IMG/VR virus record: IMGVR_UViG_3300009702_000004
Location: 1 to 44,142 of that record
Source: a virus
Length of the DNA: 44,142 nucleotides
Direction: 5' to 3' (one strand)
Shown here: positions 10,111 to 19,860 of the stretch, piece after piece
How positions within the stretch are numbered: position 1 is the first letter of the stretch
How the letters are laid out: every line of letters starts with the position of its first letter
Made by a program: the position numbers and the translations under genes
The notes under the pieces: model-generated
Seen by the model: only the letters and a program-made list of their open reading frames with translations
What the model was told of the DNA's origin: nothing
Databases searched by the model: none

Positions 10111-13100
10111 TTAGCTGGATCTCCTTGTTCTGTTGTAATACATCCCTTCCCAATCGAAACCTGCGATTTTGAAAGAGACTGCGGTGTCACTTCTGATGGT
10201 GATTGTGGTTTCGGTGTTTCGTCCGCCGACCACAACATGCATGTATTCTGCATCCAGAGACCGTCTCTCCACCAAGTCTTGAGTAAAGAGCAGCGATCCG
10301 ATGACCTGTACATCAGCCGACAGAGCCGATGTATCCTGAATGCCGATCTGTAGATTGTTGATATAGGTATTGCCTCGAATCTCCGGCTGTCCCGCGAATG
10401 GTCCGAAGTCTTTCTTGTGAAAGAGCGGAGACAACACGATACGAGACTTCACTGGCAATCCGATATAGACGTTTATGCCTGTCTTATCGTCAGTTGGCCA
10501 AGTGACCGTGCCATCACCATTGTCAACCAAGATAACCTCTTCACCAGTGTTCGGATCAATTCCGATGATGATGGGGAAGCTGCCATTGATCGGTACTGTA
10601 TAGGTAGTACCGGGAGTGGCATTGCCAGAGGAATAGCTGAAGTTGTCGAGATAGGCAGTCTGGAAAACGGTAGCAGACGGCTTACACCCATAATAGGTAT
10701 ATAGTGCCGTTCTGTAGGCCGTCTTCCATAGAGCCACAAGGGTTCCGGTATAGAGAGTTACCTCGTTTGCGCCCGTCACGGCATCAGCCGCAAAGACTGT
10801 CAAGATGTCTCCGGCAACACGCATGCCGTAGCGAGCAGGCACTGTGATGTCTCCAGTGGCATGCGCACGGCTCGCAGAAACTGTTATGATCCCGCCCACA
10901 GCATCTGCTGTAGGAAAGTTGGTAGTTTCTGTCGCGCCTGTAGCTGTGGCGGCATCGACGGCTATTGAAACATTGGTCGAAGAAATATCTGCGACTCTGA
11001 GCCGAAGACCGGCTTCAAGATCCGCTGTAGCTGCAAGACAATGAACCATGAGCTCATTGTTATTGTTCTGATTGGCAGACCAGCTGAAGTCTGCAAAGAC
11101 CTCCAGATCTGTTCCGCCTCCTGCAAGATATGTGTCGGCAGCATTTATGCGGATCTGTGGGATGCCCGCAGATGCGGCATTGTTTGCCCGTAGTCTGTCT
11201 AACGGTCCATCGATATAGATGCCGCCCGAGCCGATGAGATCTTGTGCAGCATTGATCAGCCAGCCCACCCCGCCCGGCGAAGTGTCGGGAGTGTGAGCAG
11301 ATACTTTGGCATTGGCTGCTTCTGTGAAGGTGTCCAGAGCTCGCAGACTCAGCGAGGTCGGATTGAATACTGGCGGCGTGAGGTCGTTGCTCTGAACCTG
11401 ACCGTCAACAGTGAGATCTGATAGTTCCCAAACGTCAAGCACTTCGAGAGTGACCGTGCCATCGTCGCGCTCAAAGATGAGCGAAACCTCATTATCGATG
11501 GAGCCTATTCCGAGAATGTTCGTCACCCCATCGAAACTCCACTCATGCCACCCCGCCATGAGATTCTTCTCATCAACGCGGAGATGCGAATAGACGTAGA
11601 GCTTATCGGGATTTGTATCGGTAAGGACCAACACAATTTCAGGATCACTTACTGCAAGGAGGCCCCGAGCCGCACCCGGCATGAACCGAGGCACCTTTAT
11701 CGACAGTCGGTCAGCTTCCGCTGATGTGGCGTCGTTCGAGGTCGGCCTATATCTCCAGAGTTGTACAAACTCTTTTCCTTCTGAAAGGAAATAGACTGCC
11801 CGCTCTGAGGAGACCGGCTTGACCTTGCGGGTGTTGACATAGGAAGTGGTAGCTTCCCGACGCACAGTGTTGGGGCTGAGGAACGGCTCGCCGTTTACGA
11901 CAAACTGTCCCAGCTCGCTCCACGTCAGCAGCGTCTCATTCCACTCGAAAGCAGAGTGAAGGCTGGAGGTCTTCGAGCCCGAGAGTGACACGTCGATGCG
12001 ATCACTGTCGAGCACGTCGATGGTGGAAGTGCGAAAGAAGTTGAAGAACGAGTCTACTTCGCTCATCGCGACGTTCTCGTCTGAGAGGAAGATGAGGCGG
12101 TTCTTCAGGAAGGCCACTTCGTTGATCTTCTCATCATCAAACGAGGGCCACTTGTTGGTATCTTCGGTGCCGACAGTTCTCTTGGCCCAATCTGCTTGTC
12201 GGCAGGAGAAGGTCTGAGAAGCATTCTTCACATCAGCATTGTCACCATTCGACCACAGATCATTCACGCCGCCGCTTAGAGCGCCATGAGTAATGACGGT
12301 GGTCGCTACGACAGTGACGGTGGCGCTAGATCTGTCGGTAGTGTTGCGTATGGTATCACTGACGCTGACCCCGAGAGTCACAAAGTCTACGCCGCCATTG
12401 AAGAGCTGTGTGGTCTCATCAATCGCATTGTCGAAAGTGAATGCTGTCAGGGTAGGTTCGGAGCCGTCGTTGTTCGCTATGGTGATGAAGCCCAGCTGTT
12501 TATTTGTGACAGGATCGAGCTTAATCGTCACGGTGACAGCTTTCGGGCCTCCATAGGCTTCGATGACGGTCTTCAGATTCGTCATATATGCTGACTGGTC
12601 CCCGCCCGCCACGAAAGTATCCGAGAAAGCAGTACCATTCAGCGTGAAGCTCATGGCTGTGTTCGGAGCATAGTGAGGAGAGAGGGTATTGATCCGGGTC
12701 TCATTGACGGTGCTGAACGTCATGCTCAGATCATAGGTCATGATCAAAGCGCCCAAGTTTCCTGCCGCAGAAGACAGCCGGAACCGAAGGTCTGAGTTTG
12801 CCGGCACGGAAGAGAGGCTGATCGTCTTATTGAATCTCCGAGCAGCCGGAGCCCAATCAAAAAACGGCAACGTGTCCACCACTACAAAGCCAGCTCCAGT
12901 GTCGAGCGCCACTTCGAGGGTATAGCTATCTCCCCCGTAATAGCCACCGGCTGGATCAGTCGGGTCGATACCCGCAGCGATAACCCTAGTTTCATCAAGA
13001 TTCATCGAGAGATGGAAATTGATGTCTGAGGAATTCGCAGAAGCCAGATTCATGAATCGATCTATAAAGGCCCCCGGTGCCGCTTCCACCTTAGCTTCTG

Positions 13101-14214
13101 CTGCAGTGGAGGGCGTACCATCGAGGGTCTGTAAGAGTACATCTGAAGAGTCGTTGGCCTGAGCTGCCTGCAAGGTGGCCACAGGAACTTGTGCCTCAAT
13201 GCCCTCAACGAAGTTGGGATCGAGCGTAAGCTCTAGGGGCAGTGTGGCGGGATCAAGAGCAATGGGGATGTTGTCCGCAGTCGTCTCCCGCCACGTCTTC
13301 GTATCAGTGAATTCATAGAACACATCGTCCAGCTTCTTGTCTGGATCTCCTTCGATCTTGATACGAAAGCCGACCGGCGCTTCCGTGGGCAGCTCAGAGA
13401 TGCTCTGCACTGAACCCTGTATCACACGAGAGCCAAGATTGGCGAGACCGTCGAAGGTCCGCATCCAAAATCTTGCCCCAGCCTGAAGGTTCGGGCCGGG
13501 CGTGATGTGAATCACGGAGCCGAAGCGACGGACTGTCAGGAGGTTCTGATTTCCGGTGCCATCGCCCCACTTATCATTGATGGCGGTGGCCAGATTCTTT
13601 GCGATCTCGGTGGTATTGATCTCGAATTGGTTTTCTGGCGCCGCGTTTGGTGTCAGATATTCTGCGATAGGCAGCCCTGTAGACTGCTGTCCGAAGGGCG
13701 GGCCATAGAATACGATCTGAGCCTGATACAGCGTGGCAAAGTCGCCCTGCTGGATCACGATCAAACCCTCTTCGCCCCGAGTATCAGACAGCTCTGCCGA
13801 TCTTCCCACCGTTATCTCACGGTTCACAATGACCGTGGTCTGATTGAAGGTCGCCAGCCGGAACGATTCGTTCGGCGTGCCAGTGACGTTCAGATAGCTC
13901 TTCCCATCAGGGAAGGTGACTGTGGCCTCCACGCCGGTTACAGCATCGAAGACCTTCAAATCGCCATCCAATACGATCACCCAAAATCGTTCATTCACGT
14001 TCTTGTTGATCGGATGGACGAAGGCGCCGCTGAACGGGGTAGCTGACGGAGCGACCTGTGCGACGAAGACCGTCGGGGGTCGCTTCACTACGCCCTCTGC
14101 AGGACGCAGCATGCAGTTGACCATCTCCTCGACCTCATTCGCCTCTCGCCGCTGTGGTGCAAGCTGGCTCACACCCCCGAGCAGGTCAGGGATTGATTCC
14201 GAGACATAGGACAT
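10111..14214 (-). CDS. Tail tubular protein B (nozzle, gp12-like), strongly expanded
   Basis: The N-terminus MSYVSESIPDLLGGVSQLAPQRR...VKRPP parallels T7 gp12 (...LKGGISQQPD...QKRPP). It is 1367 aa against about 800 aa in T7. Confidence 0.9.
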   Translation of the reverse strand: MSYVSESIPDLLGGVSQLAPQRREANEVEEMVNCMLRPAEGVVKRPPTVFVAQVAPSATPFSGAFVHPINKNVNERFWVIVLDGDLKVFDAVTGVEATVTFPDGKSYLNVTGTPNESFRLATFNQTTVIVNREITVGRSAELSDTRGEEGLIVIQQGDFATLYQAQIVFYGPPFGQQSTGLPIAEYLTPNAAPENQFEINTTEIAKNLATAINDKWGDGTGNQNLLTVRRFGSVIHITPGPNLQAGARFWMRTFDGLANLGSRVIQGSVQSISELPTEAPVGFRIKIEGDPDKKLDDVFYEFTDTKTWRETTADNIPIALDPATLPLELTLDPNFVEGIEAQVPVATLQAAQANDSSDVLLQTLDGTPSTAAEAKVEAAPGAFIDRFMNLASANSSDINFHLSMNLDETRVIAAGIDPTDPAGGYYGGDSYTLEVALDTGAGFVVVDTLPFFDWAPAARRFNKTISLSSVPANSDLRFRLSSAAGNLGALIMTYDLSMTFSTVNETRINTLSPHYAPNTAMSFTLNGTAFSDTFVAGGDQSAYMTNLKTVIEAYGGPKAVTVTIKLDPVTNKQLGFITIANNDGSEPTLTAFTFDNAIDETTQLFNGGVDFVTLGVSVSDTIRNTTDRSSATVTVVATTVITHGALSGGVNDLWSNGDNADVKNASQTFSCRQADWAKRTVGTEDTNKWPSFDDEKINEVAFLKNRLIFLSDENVAMSEVDSFFNFFRTSTIDVLDSDRIDVSLSGSKTSSLHSAFEWNETLLTWSELGQFVVNGEPFLSPNTVRREATTSYVNTRKVKPVSSERAVYFLSEGKEFVQLWRYRPTSNDATSAEADRLSIKVPRFMPGAARGLLAVSDPEIVLVLTDTNPDKLYVYSHLRVDEKNLMAGWHEWSFDGVTNILGIGSIDNEVSLIFERDDGTVTLEVLDVWELSDLTVDGQVQSNDLTPPVFNPTSLSLRALDTFTEAANAKVSAHTPDTSPGGVGWLINAAQDLIGSGGIYIDGPLDRLRANNAASAGIPQIRINAADTYLAGGGTDLEVFADFSWSANQNNNNELMVHCLAATADLEAGLRLRVADISSTNVSIAVDAATATGATETTNFPTADAVGGIITVSASRAHATGDITVPARYGMRVAGDILTVFAADAVTGANEVTLYTGTLVALWKTAYRTALYTYYGCKPSATVFQTAYLDNFSYSSGNATPGTTYTVPINGSFPIIIGIDPNTGEEVILVDNGDGTVTWPTDDKTGINVYIGLPVKSRIVLSPLFHKKDFGPFAGQPEIRGNTYINNLQIGIQDTSALSADVQVIGSLLFTQDLVERRSLDAEYMHVVVGGRNTETTITIRSDTAVSFKIAGFDWEGMYYNRTRRSS

Positions 14215-15219
14215 TTATGCGGTTCCTCCGCGAGGCGCGGCGCTGTCGATCTGACTATTGACCACGAAACGATTACGGCCGTGTGCCAGTCGCGTGTTTG
14301 GATTGTTCAGAAAGTTGAGTTTGCGGTTAGGCTTCTGGTCGCGCCGCAATGATCTGCGAGCGAGGTTCTCGTCGAATGCAGTGAATCTGGCCATGTCTGG
14401 CGAGCCTACCACTTGCTGAGCGAATCGCCGTGCGGCCCGCTTAGTGATATAGTCCCGCGCCGTCTGCGGCATATCAACGAAATCCACTGCCCATGTTGCG
14501 TCGATATAGAGGGCGTCCCGCTCACTGAGCGCGAAGCCGTCCCGACCCAGCCGAGTGTCATAGAAGATCAGCTGTGGCGTCTCATTGGTCGCCGTGCCGG
14601 TGGTCCCCGCGCCAGTCGTGGTGACTGGCACCGAGAAAGTATCACTGTCGATCACTGTGATCTTCTGGGTTCCGTCGATGACTGGCGTGGAATCGGTGCC
14701 AGCGATGACTACCGACTGTCCGTCGATGTATCCGTGGCCAACTACGGTAACTACTGCCGCCGCTGCCGCGCTGATGTTGGTGATGGCCTGTGGTGCGCCG
14801 TCAACCAGCTCATTAGAAGTGGGCGACTGGAGAGCTACAGCAATGTTCTGCATGAAGCCGACGCCGAGAATATTCGCGAAATTTGCTGGTTCCCAACGGA
14901 GCAACGAGCGTTGCTTGGTGCTGCTCTGTCCGCGGACAGGAACCTCGAAGACGTTCAGCTCCGTAGTGGTGCCATCTATGTCGTCGATCCAAGTGATCTT
15001 CTGAGAAGGTAGCACCTGCACGCCGAATTCACTGTTGAATCTCCACCGCTCCAAGAGTACCTCTCTGGCCACATTGAAAATCACACTCTTTGCCAAGATG
15101 GCATCTCGACTTGTGGTGGTAGTGAGGTCGGTTACTGGAGCAACGCCGATAGCTGCGAGCATATCGTTGACCGCCTCCAGCTCTGTGCTGGGAACGATGT
15201 TGACTATGAAGTCTGCCAT
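14215..15219 (-). CDS. Tail tubular protein A (adaptor, gp11-like) with a central insertion
   Basis: N-terminal ELEAVNDMLAAIGVAPV matches T7 gp11 ELSAVNDILASIGEPPV. It is 334 aa against about 196 aa. Confidence 0.9.
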   Translation of the reverse strand: MADFIVNIVPSTELEAVNDMLAAIGVAPVTDLTTTTSRDAILAKSVIFNVAREVLLERWRFNSEFGVQVLPSQKITWIDDIDGTTTELNVFEVPVRGQSSTKQRSLLRWEPANFANILGVGFMQNIAVALQSPTSNELVDGAPQAITNISAAAAAVVTVVGHGYIDGQSVVIAGTDSTPVIDGTQKITVIDSDTFSVPVTTTGAGTTGTATNETPQLIFYDTRLGRDGFALSERDALYIDATWAVDFVDMPQTARDYITKRAARRFAQQVVGSPDMARFTAFDENLARRSLRRDQKPNRKLNFLNNPNTRLAHGRNRFVVNSQIDSAAPRGGTA

Positions 15220-15322
15220 TCGATGCTGTCCTATATGTGATTAGAAGGATGATGTGCTGCGAATTTGGCCCGGAGTCGTGAGCTCCGCGGCGGACACATC
15301 CCATGGGGACGTTCCCGCGGCC

Positions 15323-15369
15323 AAAAAGGAAAAAACCGGCGAGCAAATAGCGTCCCATTTGCTCACCGG
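15323..15369 (-). terminator. Rho-independent terminator downstream of the major capsid gene
   Basis: The minus strand reads CCGGTGAGCAAAT-GGGACGCT-ATTTGCTCGCCGG followed by TTTTTTCCTTTTT. It starts 33 nt after the capsid stop, the same position as T7 T-phi. Confidence 0.85.
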
Positions 15370-15401
15370 AGATATACTACGTAGAGGGTTGCTGCTCCCG
15401 C

Positions 15402-16352
15402 TTACGGGATGAGCAGCTCGACCGAAGACTCGGGCCGCAGGATGCCATGACCGATGGCATACTTCGCCACCAGCAAGGTGCCCTGTCGCCGAATATCATA
15501 GCCCATCTCGGTCCGCAGATCGATCAACCTGACCGTACCGGCAGCGGAGGGATGTGAAACGAGCGCAACAGTCTTGGTGAAGTCGCCCTGATAGGCCGTG
15601 GGGCCAGTGACGACATTGGTGCTGGGGATGTTGTTCGTCTTCACGACATCCAAGCCAGCGATGCGGAAGATGGTCCCCTGTGCGATGGAGCCCTCGCCAG
15701 AGAAGTCGCGATTGATCGCGGTCGCCTGCTGGACGAGGTTGTAATACTGCGCGGGCCGAACGAAGAGAGTCCGTCCGTTGGCGGGGCCGTTGGGGAACCC
15801 ACCCTGCGGAACATCCTTCTCATCGAGAGCCTGTGACGCGCTGAACGCGCCAGCCAACAGGACAGAACCATCGGTGTCCATGAGGGCGGTGGTGATCTGC
15901 GTCCCACCGGACAGGCCGGTGACGGTCGCGGCACTACGAGCAGCCAGAGCCATCACCTGAGCGATGTTTTGGTCGGCAGTCACGGCAAGGGCCTCGCCCA
16001 TCTGCTTCGAGTAGATCTGCCGGACTTCGTAGTGATTCATGGCCTCGTCGATGAGGGCCACAAAGTGATCGGAGACCAAGAGATCATCGATGCTGATGTT
16101 TCTCTCGGCGTGGTTGAGTACCTGACCCGTCAGCTCGACGCCGGGGGTGTGGTAGCTCGCGCTGGACTTACCAGACGCAGGGAACTGAGCCGTTTTTCCG
16201 AAACTGATGTTTCGGTTCATGGTCCGCGGGATGAACTGTGTGGTCTCGTTGAACGCTACCAACACCTCACCGCTGAAGACCTTGAGGAACAACGCCTGAG
16301 GGTCACCTGCAGCATTGATCTGTCCAATACGCGAGACAGTGGCATTAGCCAT
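15402..16352 (-). CDS. Major capsid protein (T7 gp10-like)
   Basis: LFLKVFSGEVLVAF...FGKTAQFP...IDEAMNHYEVRQIYSKQMGEALA aligns with T7 gp10 LFLKLFSGEVLTAF...SGKSAQFP...IEDAMNHYDVRSEYTSQLGESLA. I set the start at ATG 16352, preceded by AAAGGAAC. Confidence 0.96.
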   Translation of the reverse strand: MANATVSRIGQINAAGDPQALFLKVFSGEVLVAFNETTQFIPRTMNRNISFGKTAQFPASGKSSASYHTPGVELTGQVLNHAERNISIDDLLVSDHFVALIDEAMNHYEVRQIYSKQMGEALAVTADQNIAQVMALAARSAATVTGLSGGTQITTALMDTDGSVLLAGAFSASQALDEKDVPQGGFPNGPANGRTLFVRPAQYYNLVQQATAINRDFSGEGSIAQGTIFRIAGLDVVKTNNIPSTNVVTGPTAYQGDFTKTVALVSHPSAAGTVRLIDLRTEMGYDIRRQGTLLVAKYAIGHGILRPESSVELLIP

Positions 16353-16478
16353 TGTATCGTTCCTTTGTTCAGATGCGAGTGCAAAACAAAACACGCATCC
16401 TTCCCTTCCGCCTCACTCCACACGAGATTGTCCGTCGTAACGGGTCAAGGATTCGATTGGGGTTGGTCGGATGCTTCC

Positions 16479-16532
16479 CGCCACGGAGATGTGGCGTAGA
16501 AGCGTGGCCGGGGAAAGGAGGGAAACCCGGCC
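16479..16532 (-). promoter_or_regulatory. Two stem-loops in the capsid-gene leader (processing site or leader structure)
   Basis: CGCCAC/GTGGCG at 16479-16496 and GGCCGGG/CCCGGCC at 16506-16532, within a 240-nt non-coding leader. Confidence 0.4.
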
Positions 16533-16591
16533 AGCTACCTCCGGCATAACCATAAGGCTATGTCGAAGGGGGGATCTACTGCATCATTCTT

Positions 16592-17017
16592 TTATCTGTG
16601 CTTCAATGCATCGACGATGCCCGGAGAGATCTTCTCTATGGTGCGTCCGCCAATATATCCACCAATGCCCAGCTTCAAGAGCGCCCACATATCAGGAACG
16701 ATAGTGAGTGCTGTCATGCTGAACAACGGGGAGATGATGTAGTTGAAGAAGATGATACCAACAAAGGTCATCATCGTCATAGGCCGCCAGTTGCGGGCGA
16801 GCCATGACTGACTCTGAGCCTCCGCGATGACTACTCTGCTCTGAACCTCTGCGAATTCTGATTCGATCTTCGCGAGGTCGAGCCGTAGCTGGTTGGCGAG
16901 GCTATTGATCTCGACCTGCTTTGCCAGCTTCTCTTCGTCTGTGGTGGTGACTTCATCGACAAGACCCGCTAGAGCCTTGATGCCACTGACCACAGTGCCG
17001 ATAATGGGAAGTCCCAT
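16592..17017 (-). CDS. Putative holin (resembles the GTA-type 3-TM holin family)
   Basis: 141 aa with a coiled N-terminal half followed by AEAQSQSWLARNWRPMTMMTFVGIIFF and further hydrophobic helices. The family assignment is from memory. Confidence 0.5.
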   Translation of the reverse strand: MGLPIIGTVVSGIKALAGLVDEVTTTDEEKLAKQVEINSLANQLRLDLAKIESEFAEVQSRVVIAEAQSQSWLARNWRPMTMMTFVGIIFFNYIISPLFSMTALTIVPDMWALLKLGIGGYIGGRTIEKISPGIVDALKHR

Positions 17018-17022
17018 CGTCT

Positions 17023-17673
17023 CTACTGCGCCGGATATGGCGGAGAGATCGCTATGCGGTCCTCCACCTGCTTACGGAAGGCCGAATCGGTGTAATACTT
17101 CTCGTCTTTCTGAGCAGCGAGCTGCTGCGCCAAGCTCTCGAACGGCTTGGTGCCTGCGGGAACCGTCATGGTTGCGCTGGCTCCGGCGACAACATTCTTC
17201 GCTGGCACAAGCTCACCATTGGCGGCCTCATAGTGGGCCACAACCAGATTGAAGTTGGCGTCTATGAGCGCCTCGTTTCCAGAGGCAAGGGCGGCTTCAT
17301 ATCCGGCCTTTACGTCAGCGGGGATGGTGGCCCCGCCAATAAACTCATTGACTGCCTTCAGCCCGTCTGCGCCCACCTTCTCAGTGAGACGAGAGATCCG
17401 CTGTGCGACGTTGAAGTCTGCGATGGTGCGGAGAGCGGCCTGCTGCTCCGGAGGGAGCTTACTTATCACATCGTCGTCAGCAGTGCTCGCTGGCTTGGGC
17501 TTCTGCTCCTGCTGCTGCTGCTGAGTCGATGACTGCTGGCTCAACTCGGTGATCTTAGCCTCTGCCGCGCTGTAGGCGGCCACCATATCCTTGATGGTCG
17601 CAAACTTCTCGGGGAGGTCGACGGGGCGAGTCCCGTCTTCCGTCAACTGAACCTGTATGATTTCGTCAGGCAT
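17023..17673 (-). CDS. Scaffolding protein (gp9-like)
   Basis: 216 aa, acidic and helical, with a poly-Q tract. It lies between the portal and capsid genes. Confidence 0.7.
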   Translation of the reverse strand: MPDEIIQVQLTEDGTRPVDLPEKFATIKDMVAAYSAAEAKITELSQQSSTQQQQQEQKPKPASTADDDVISKLPPEQQAALRTIADFNVAQRISRLTEKVGADGLKAVNEFIGGATIPADVKAGYEAALASGNEALIDANFNLVVAHYEAANGELVPAKNVVAGASATMTVPAGTKPFESLAQQLAAQKDEKYYTDSAFRKQVEDRIAISPPYPAQ

Positions 17674-17678
17674 CGCGT

Positions 17679-17945
17679 CTATCGATCCGTCCGAATTTGG
17701 CCCTCGACCACCTTGATGCCCTCAGAGGTCGAGACCGAACGAGGGGGCAGCGCATAGGTGCCGGGACCAAAGACCTGCGACCGACCATCGAGACCGACCA
17801 CGAGGTTTGGACCTTTGATCTTCTTGGGAGGGCTGTCGTTATTGCGATCAGCCTTTTCGGTATAGGCCTGATTCATCGATCCCTGTGAGAGTGCCTCTGC
17901 GGGGATCGCCGGGCCGTGGGTTCCTTCGATTCCTTCTCCTGCCAT
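17679..17945 (-). CDS. Hypothetical protein, 88 aa
   Basis: Tightly packed ORF between the portal and scaffold genes. No recognisable motif. Confidence 0.5.
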   Translation of the reverse strand: MAGEGIEGTHGPAIPAEALSQGSMNQAYTEKADRNNDSPPKKIKGPNLVVGLDGRSQVFGPGTYALPPRSVSTSEGIKVVEGQIRTDR

Positions 17946-17957
17946 GTTTGATGCTCC

Positions 17958-19622
17958 TTATTGTTGAGCGGGTGGGGCTTGTGCTGCTGCTGCGGGTGGG
18001 CCGCTCTGCTGTGGCGCTCCCGGCTGCTGATTCTGTGCTTGTGCAGCGATAGTGGGACCAACAGAGGCTTCCGCCATCCGGCGTTTGAACGCCATTTCGT
18101 CTTGAGCAGCAATCTCTTCATCAGTGCGGAACAGATCCTTGAGGACCAGACCCAGCTCTGCGCCTCTCAGCGAGATCAGAGTATCGAGTTTGATCTTCTT
18201 GGCTGCGGCCTCTTGGCCAACGAGCTCCGCTATCCCCTGAACCAGAACGTCATATTTCTGGAGTTGTGCAAATCTGCCTAGTGCAGGAAGTCCAGTCGTA
18301 ACCTCGGGGGATACAATTTCCTTAGGCAAGTCGGGAAGTCGGCCTTTCCTCTTGAGGATGGCCATATACCGACGGGCGAGCGGAGTTTGGAGCTCCACCG
18401 CCAAACGCGAAAATACCCCACCGAGAGCTTGTTCGAGCTCTTGCGCGATGAGGCGAATTTCCTCGGCTGTTACTCGCTCAGCTTTGCGGATGTTGTCCGA
18501 AGTGAGCAAGAAGATTGAAGCCAGACCGCGCTGGATATTCTCCTGCACAGACTTCGCGACCGATAGGTCTGAAGCCTTGTCTACCTTCAAGGTGCCTACA
18601 TCCTCTTCGCGGCCGTCGATCACATCGCCGTTGTCGGCTTCTGCGACCTCTTCCGCTTGCGTCAGTCCGCCCTCATTGACGAGCCAAAGGACTCGTGCTG
18701 AGGCGGCGGCGCCTGTGATGAGGCTATCCTGTAATGACTCGTTTGAATCTAGGTCGCCCTGAAACTCTTCTCCGAGTCCGCGACCATAATTCTCTCCAGC
18801 TATGAGCTGCCACGTCAGAGGTATCCAAGCCGGTGAATCGAGTGGCCTAGAGGCGCGAGTGCCCGGAAGCTCTCCGAGGCCCTCCATCTCTTGCCACGAG
18901 ATCCATCTGTTTTCTTTTCGGATAGTCCGCGTGAAGACATCCACCGAATCTTCGGCGGGCTGCTGCTGGCCGTTGGGCAGGTTGCGCGGCTCTGTGTCCG
19001 CTAAGAACCTTTGGATCTCTCGGGGTAGGGTACGGGCCGAGACCGACTGCCGGAGAATGATCTCTAACACGGAGCCCATGGCATCTCGCTGCACCACATA
19101 TTGGTTTAGGCGGAAGAAGGTTCCCACGCCATCATCGTCAATGTGCAACAGCCCATTCCCGGTGATGATCATGGAGCGCATGGCGTCCACCAGTGGGGCT
19201 CTGAGCCCCGACCGTTCCATCTCTATCCGGGTGGTCTGCTCTACGTTGGAGAGGCCTTCCTCTATCTCTCCGCGAGTGTCGTCTGGCAAGTCCTGAAGGT
19301 CAAGCGGCGATATACTGAGCTTGAAAAATGGCTGGCCGGGCGGCATGATGGCTAGCGTCAGCTTGTTGGCCAGATTGTTTACGCCGCGGGCTCCGATACT
19401 AGACTTCGGAGTCATATATTGCTCCGACGCCGTGCTGGTCCCCTCCTCGAAGGGGATCAGATATGGAATCGTTACCTCGCCCACGAGCCGTCCACGCCAG
19501 ATATACTGCGAGCGATCCGTCTGGAGCTGTGCATATCTGTCAAAGGCACTGATTCCCAGCTCACCCTGTGCGAGTGTCTCGGGGGTAGTCCCCGCGCCGG
19601 GGAAGCTCGTGCTGATGCTCAT
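17958..19622 (-). CDS. Portal (head-tail connector, gp8-like)
   Basis: 554 aa, first large gene of the structural block, upstream of scaffold and capsid. Confidence 0.85.
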   Translation of the reverse strand: MSISTSFPGAGTTPETLAQGELGISAFDRYAQLQTDRSQYIWRGRLVGEVTIPYLIPFEEGTSTASEQYMTPKSSIGARGVNNLANKLTLAIMPPGQPFFKLSISPLDLQDLPDDTRGEIEEGLSNVEQTTRIEMERSGLRAPLVDAMRSMIITGNGLLHIDDDGVGTFFRLNQYVVQRDAMGSVLEIILRQSVSARTLPREIQRFLADTEPRNLPNGQQQPAEDSVDVFTRTIRKENRWISWQEMEGLGELPGTRASRPLDSPAWIPLTWQLIAGENYGRGLGEEFQGDLDSNESLQDSLITGAAASARVLWLVNEGGLTQAEEVAEADNGDVIDGREEDVGTLKVDKASDLSVAKSVQENIQRGLASIFLLTSDNIRKAERVTAEEIRLIAQELEQALGGVFSRLAVELQTPLARRYMAILKRKGRLPDLPKEIVSPEVTTGLPALGRFAQLQKYDVLVQGIAELVGQEAAAKKIKLDTLISLRGAELGLVLKDLFRTDEEIAAQDEMAFKRRMAEASVGPTIAAQAQNQQPGAPQQSGPPAAAAQAPPAQQ

Positions 19623-19820
19623 TTACACCCTCTTTTTGGGTTTTCGACGAAGCTCGCGCTCCAGTCGTGAGATGATGTCTTGCTGTCCCGCGGTATAGGC
19701 GACCTGTTCTAAGGTCGTCATCCCCGGCTTATACTCCAGCTTGGGGACTGCCCGGTTCAGCCAGTCGATGGTCTGTTGATTGATGAGGGGCTTCGGCTTT
19801 TCTTCGTTGTTCATCGGCAT
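19623..19820 (-). CDS. Hypothetical small protein, 65 aa
   Basis: I chose the internal ATG at 19820, preceded by AGGAAGG. The 5' extension in the track would cover the promoter-like motif. Confidence 0.5.
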   Translation of the reverse strand: MPMNNEEKPKPLINQQTIDWLNRAVPKLEYKPGMTTLEQVAYTAGQQDIISRLERELRRKPKKRV

Positions 19821-19825
19821 CCTGC

Positions 19826-19848
19826 CCTTCCTAAGGGTAGAGTTTGTT
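19826..19848 (-). promoter_or_regulatory. Candidate phage-RNAP promoter, copy 1 (AACAAACTCTACCCTTAGGAAGG)
   Basis: 21 of 23 nt are identical to 32763-32785. It sits at the start of the structural gene block. Confidence 0.45.
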
Positions 19849-19860
19849 CGGAAGAGAGAC

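Noticed and set aside
17503-17523. CTG/CAG microsatellite.
   Set aside because: It lies inside the scaffold gene and simply encodes the QQQQQEQ tract.
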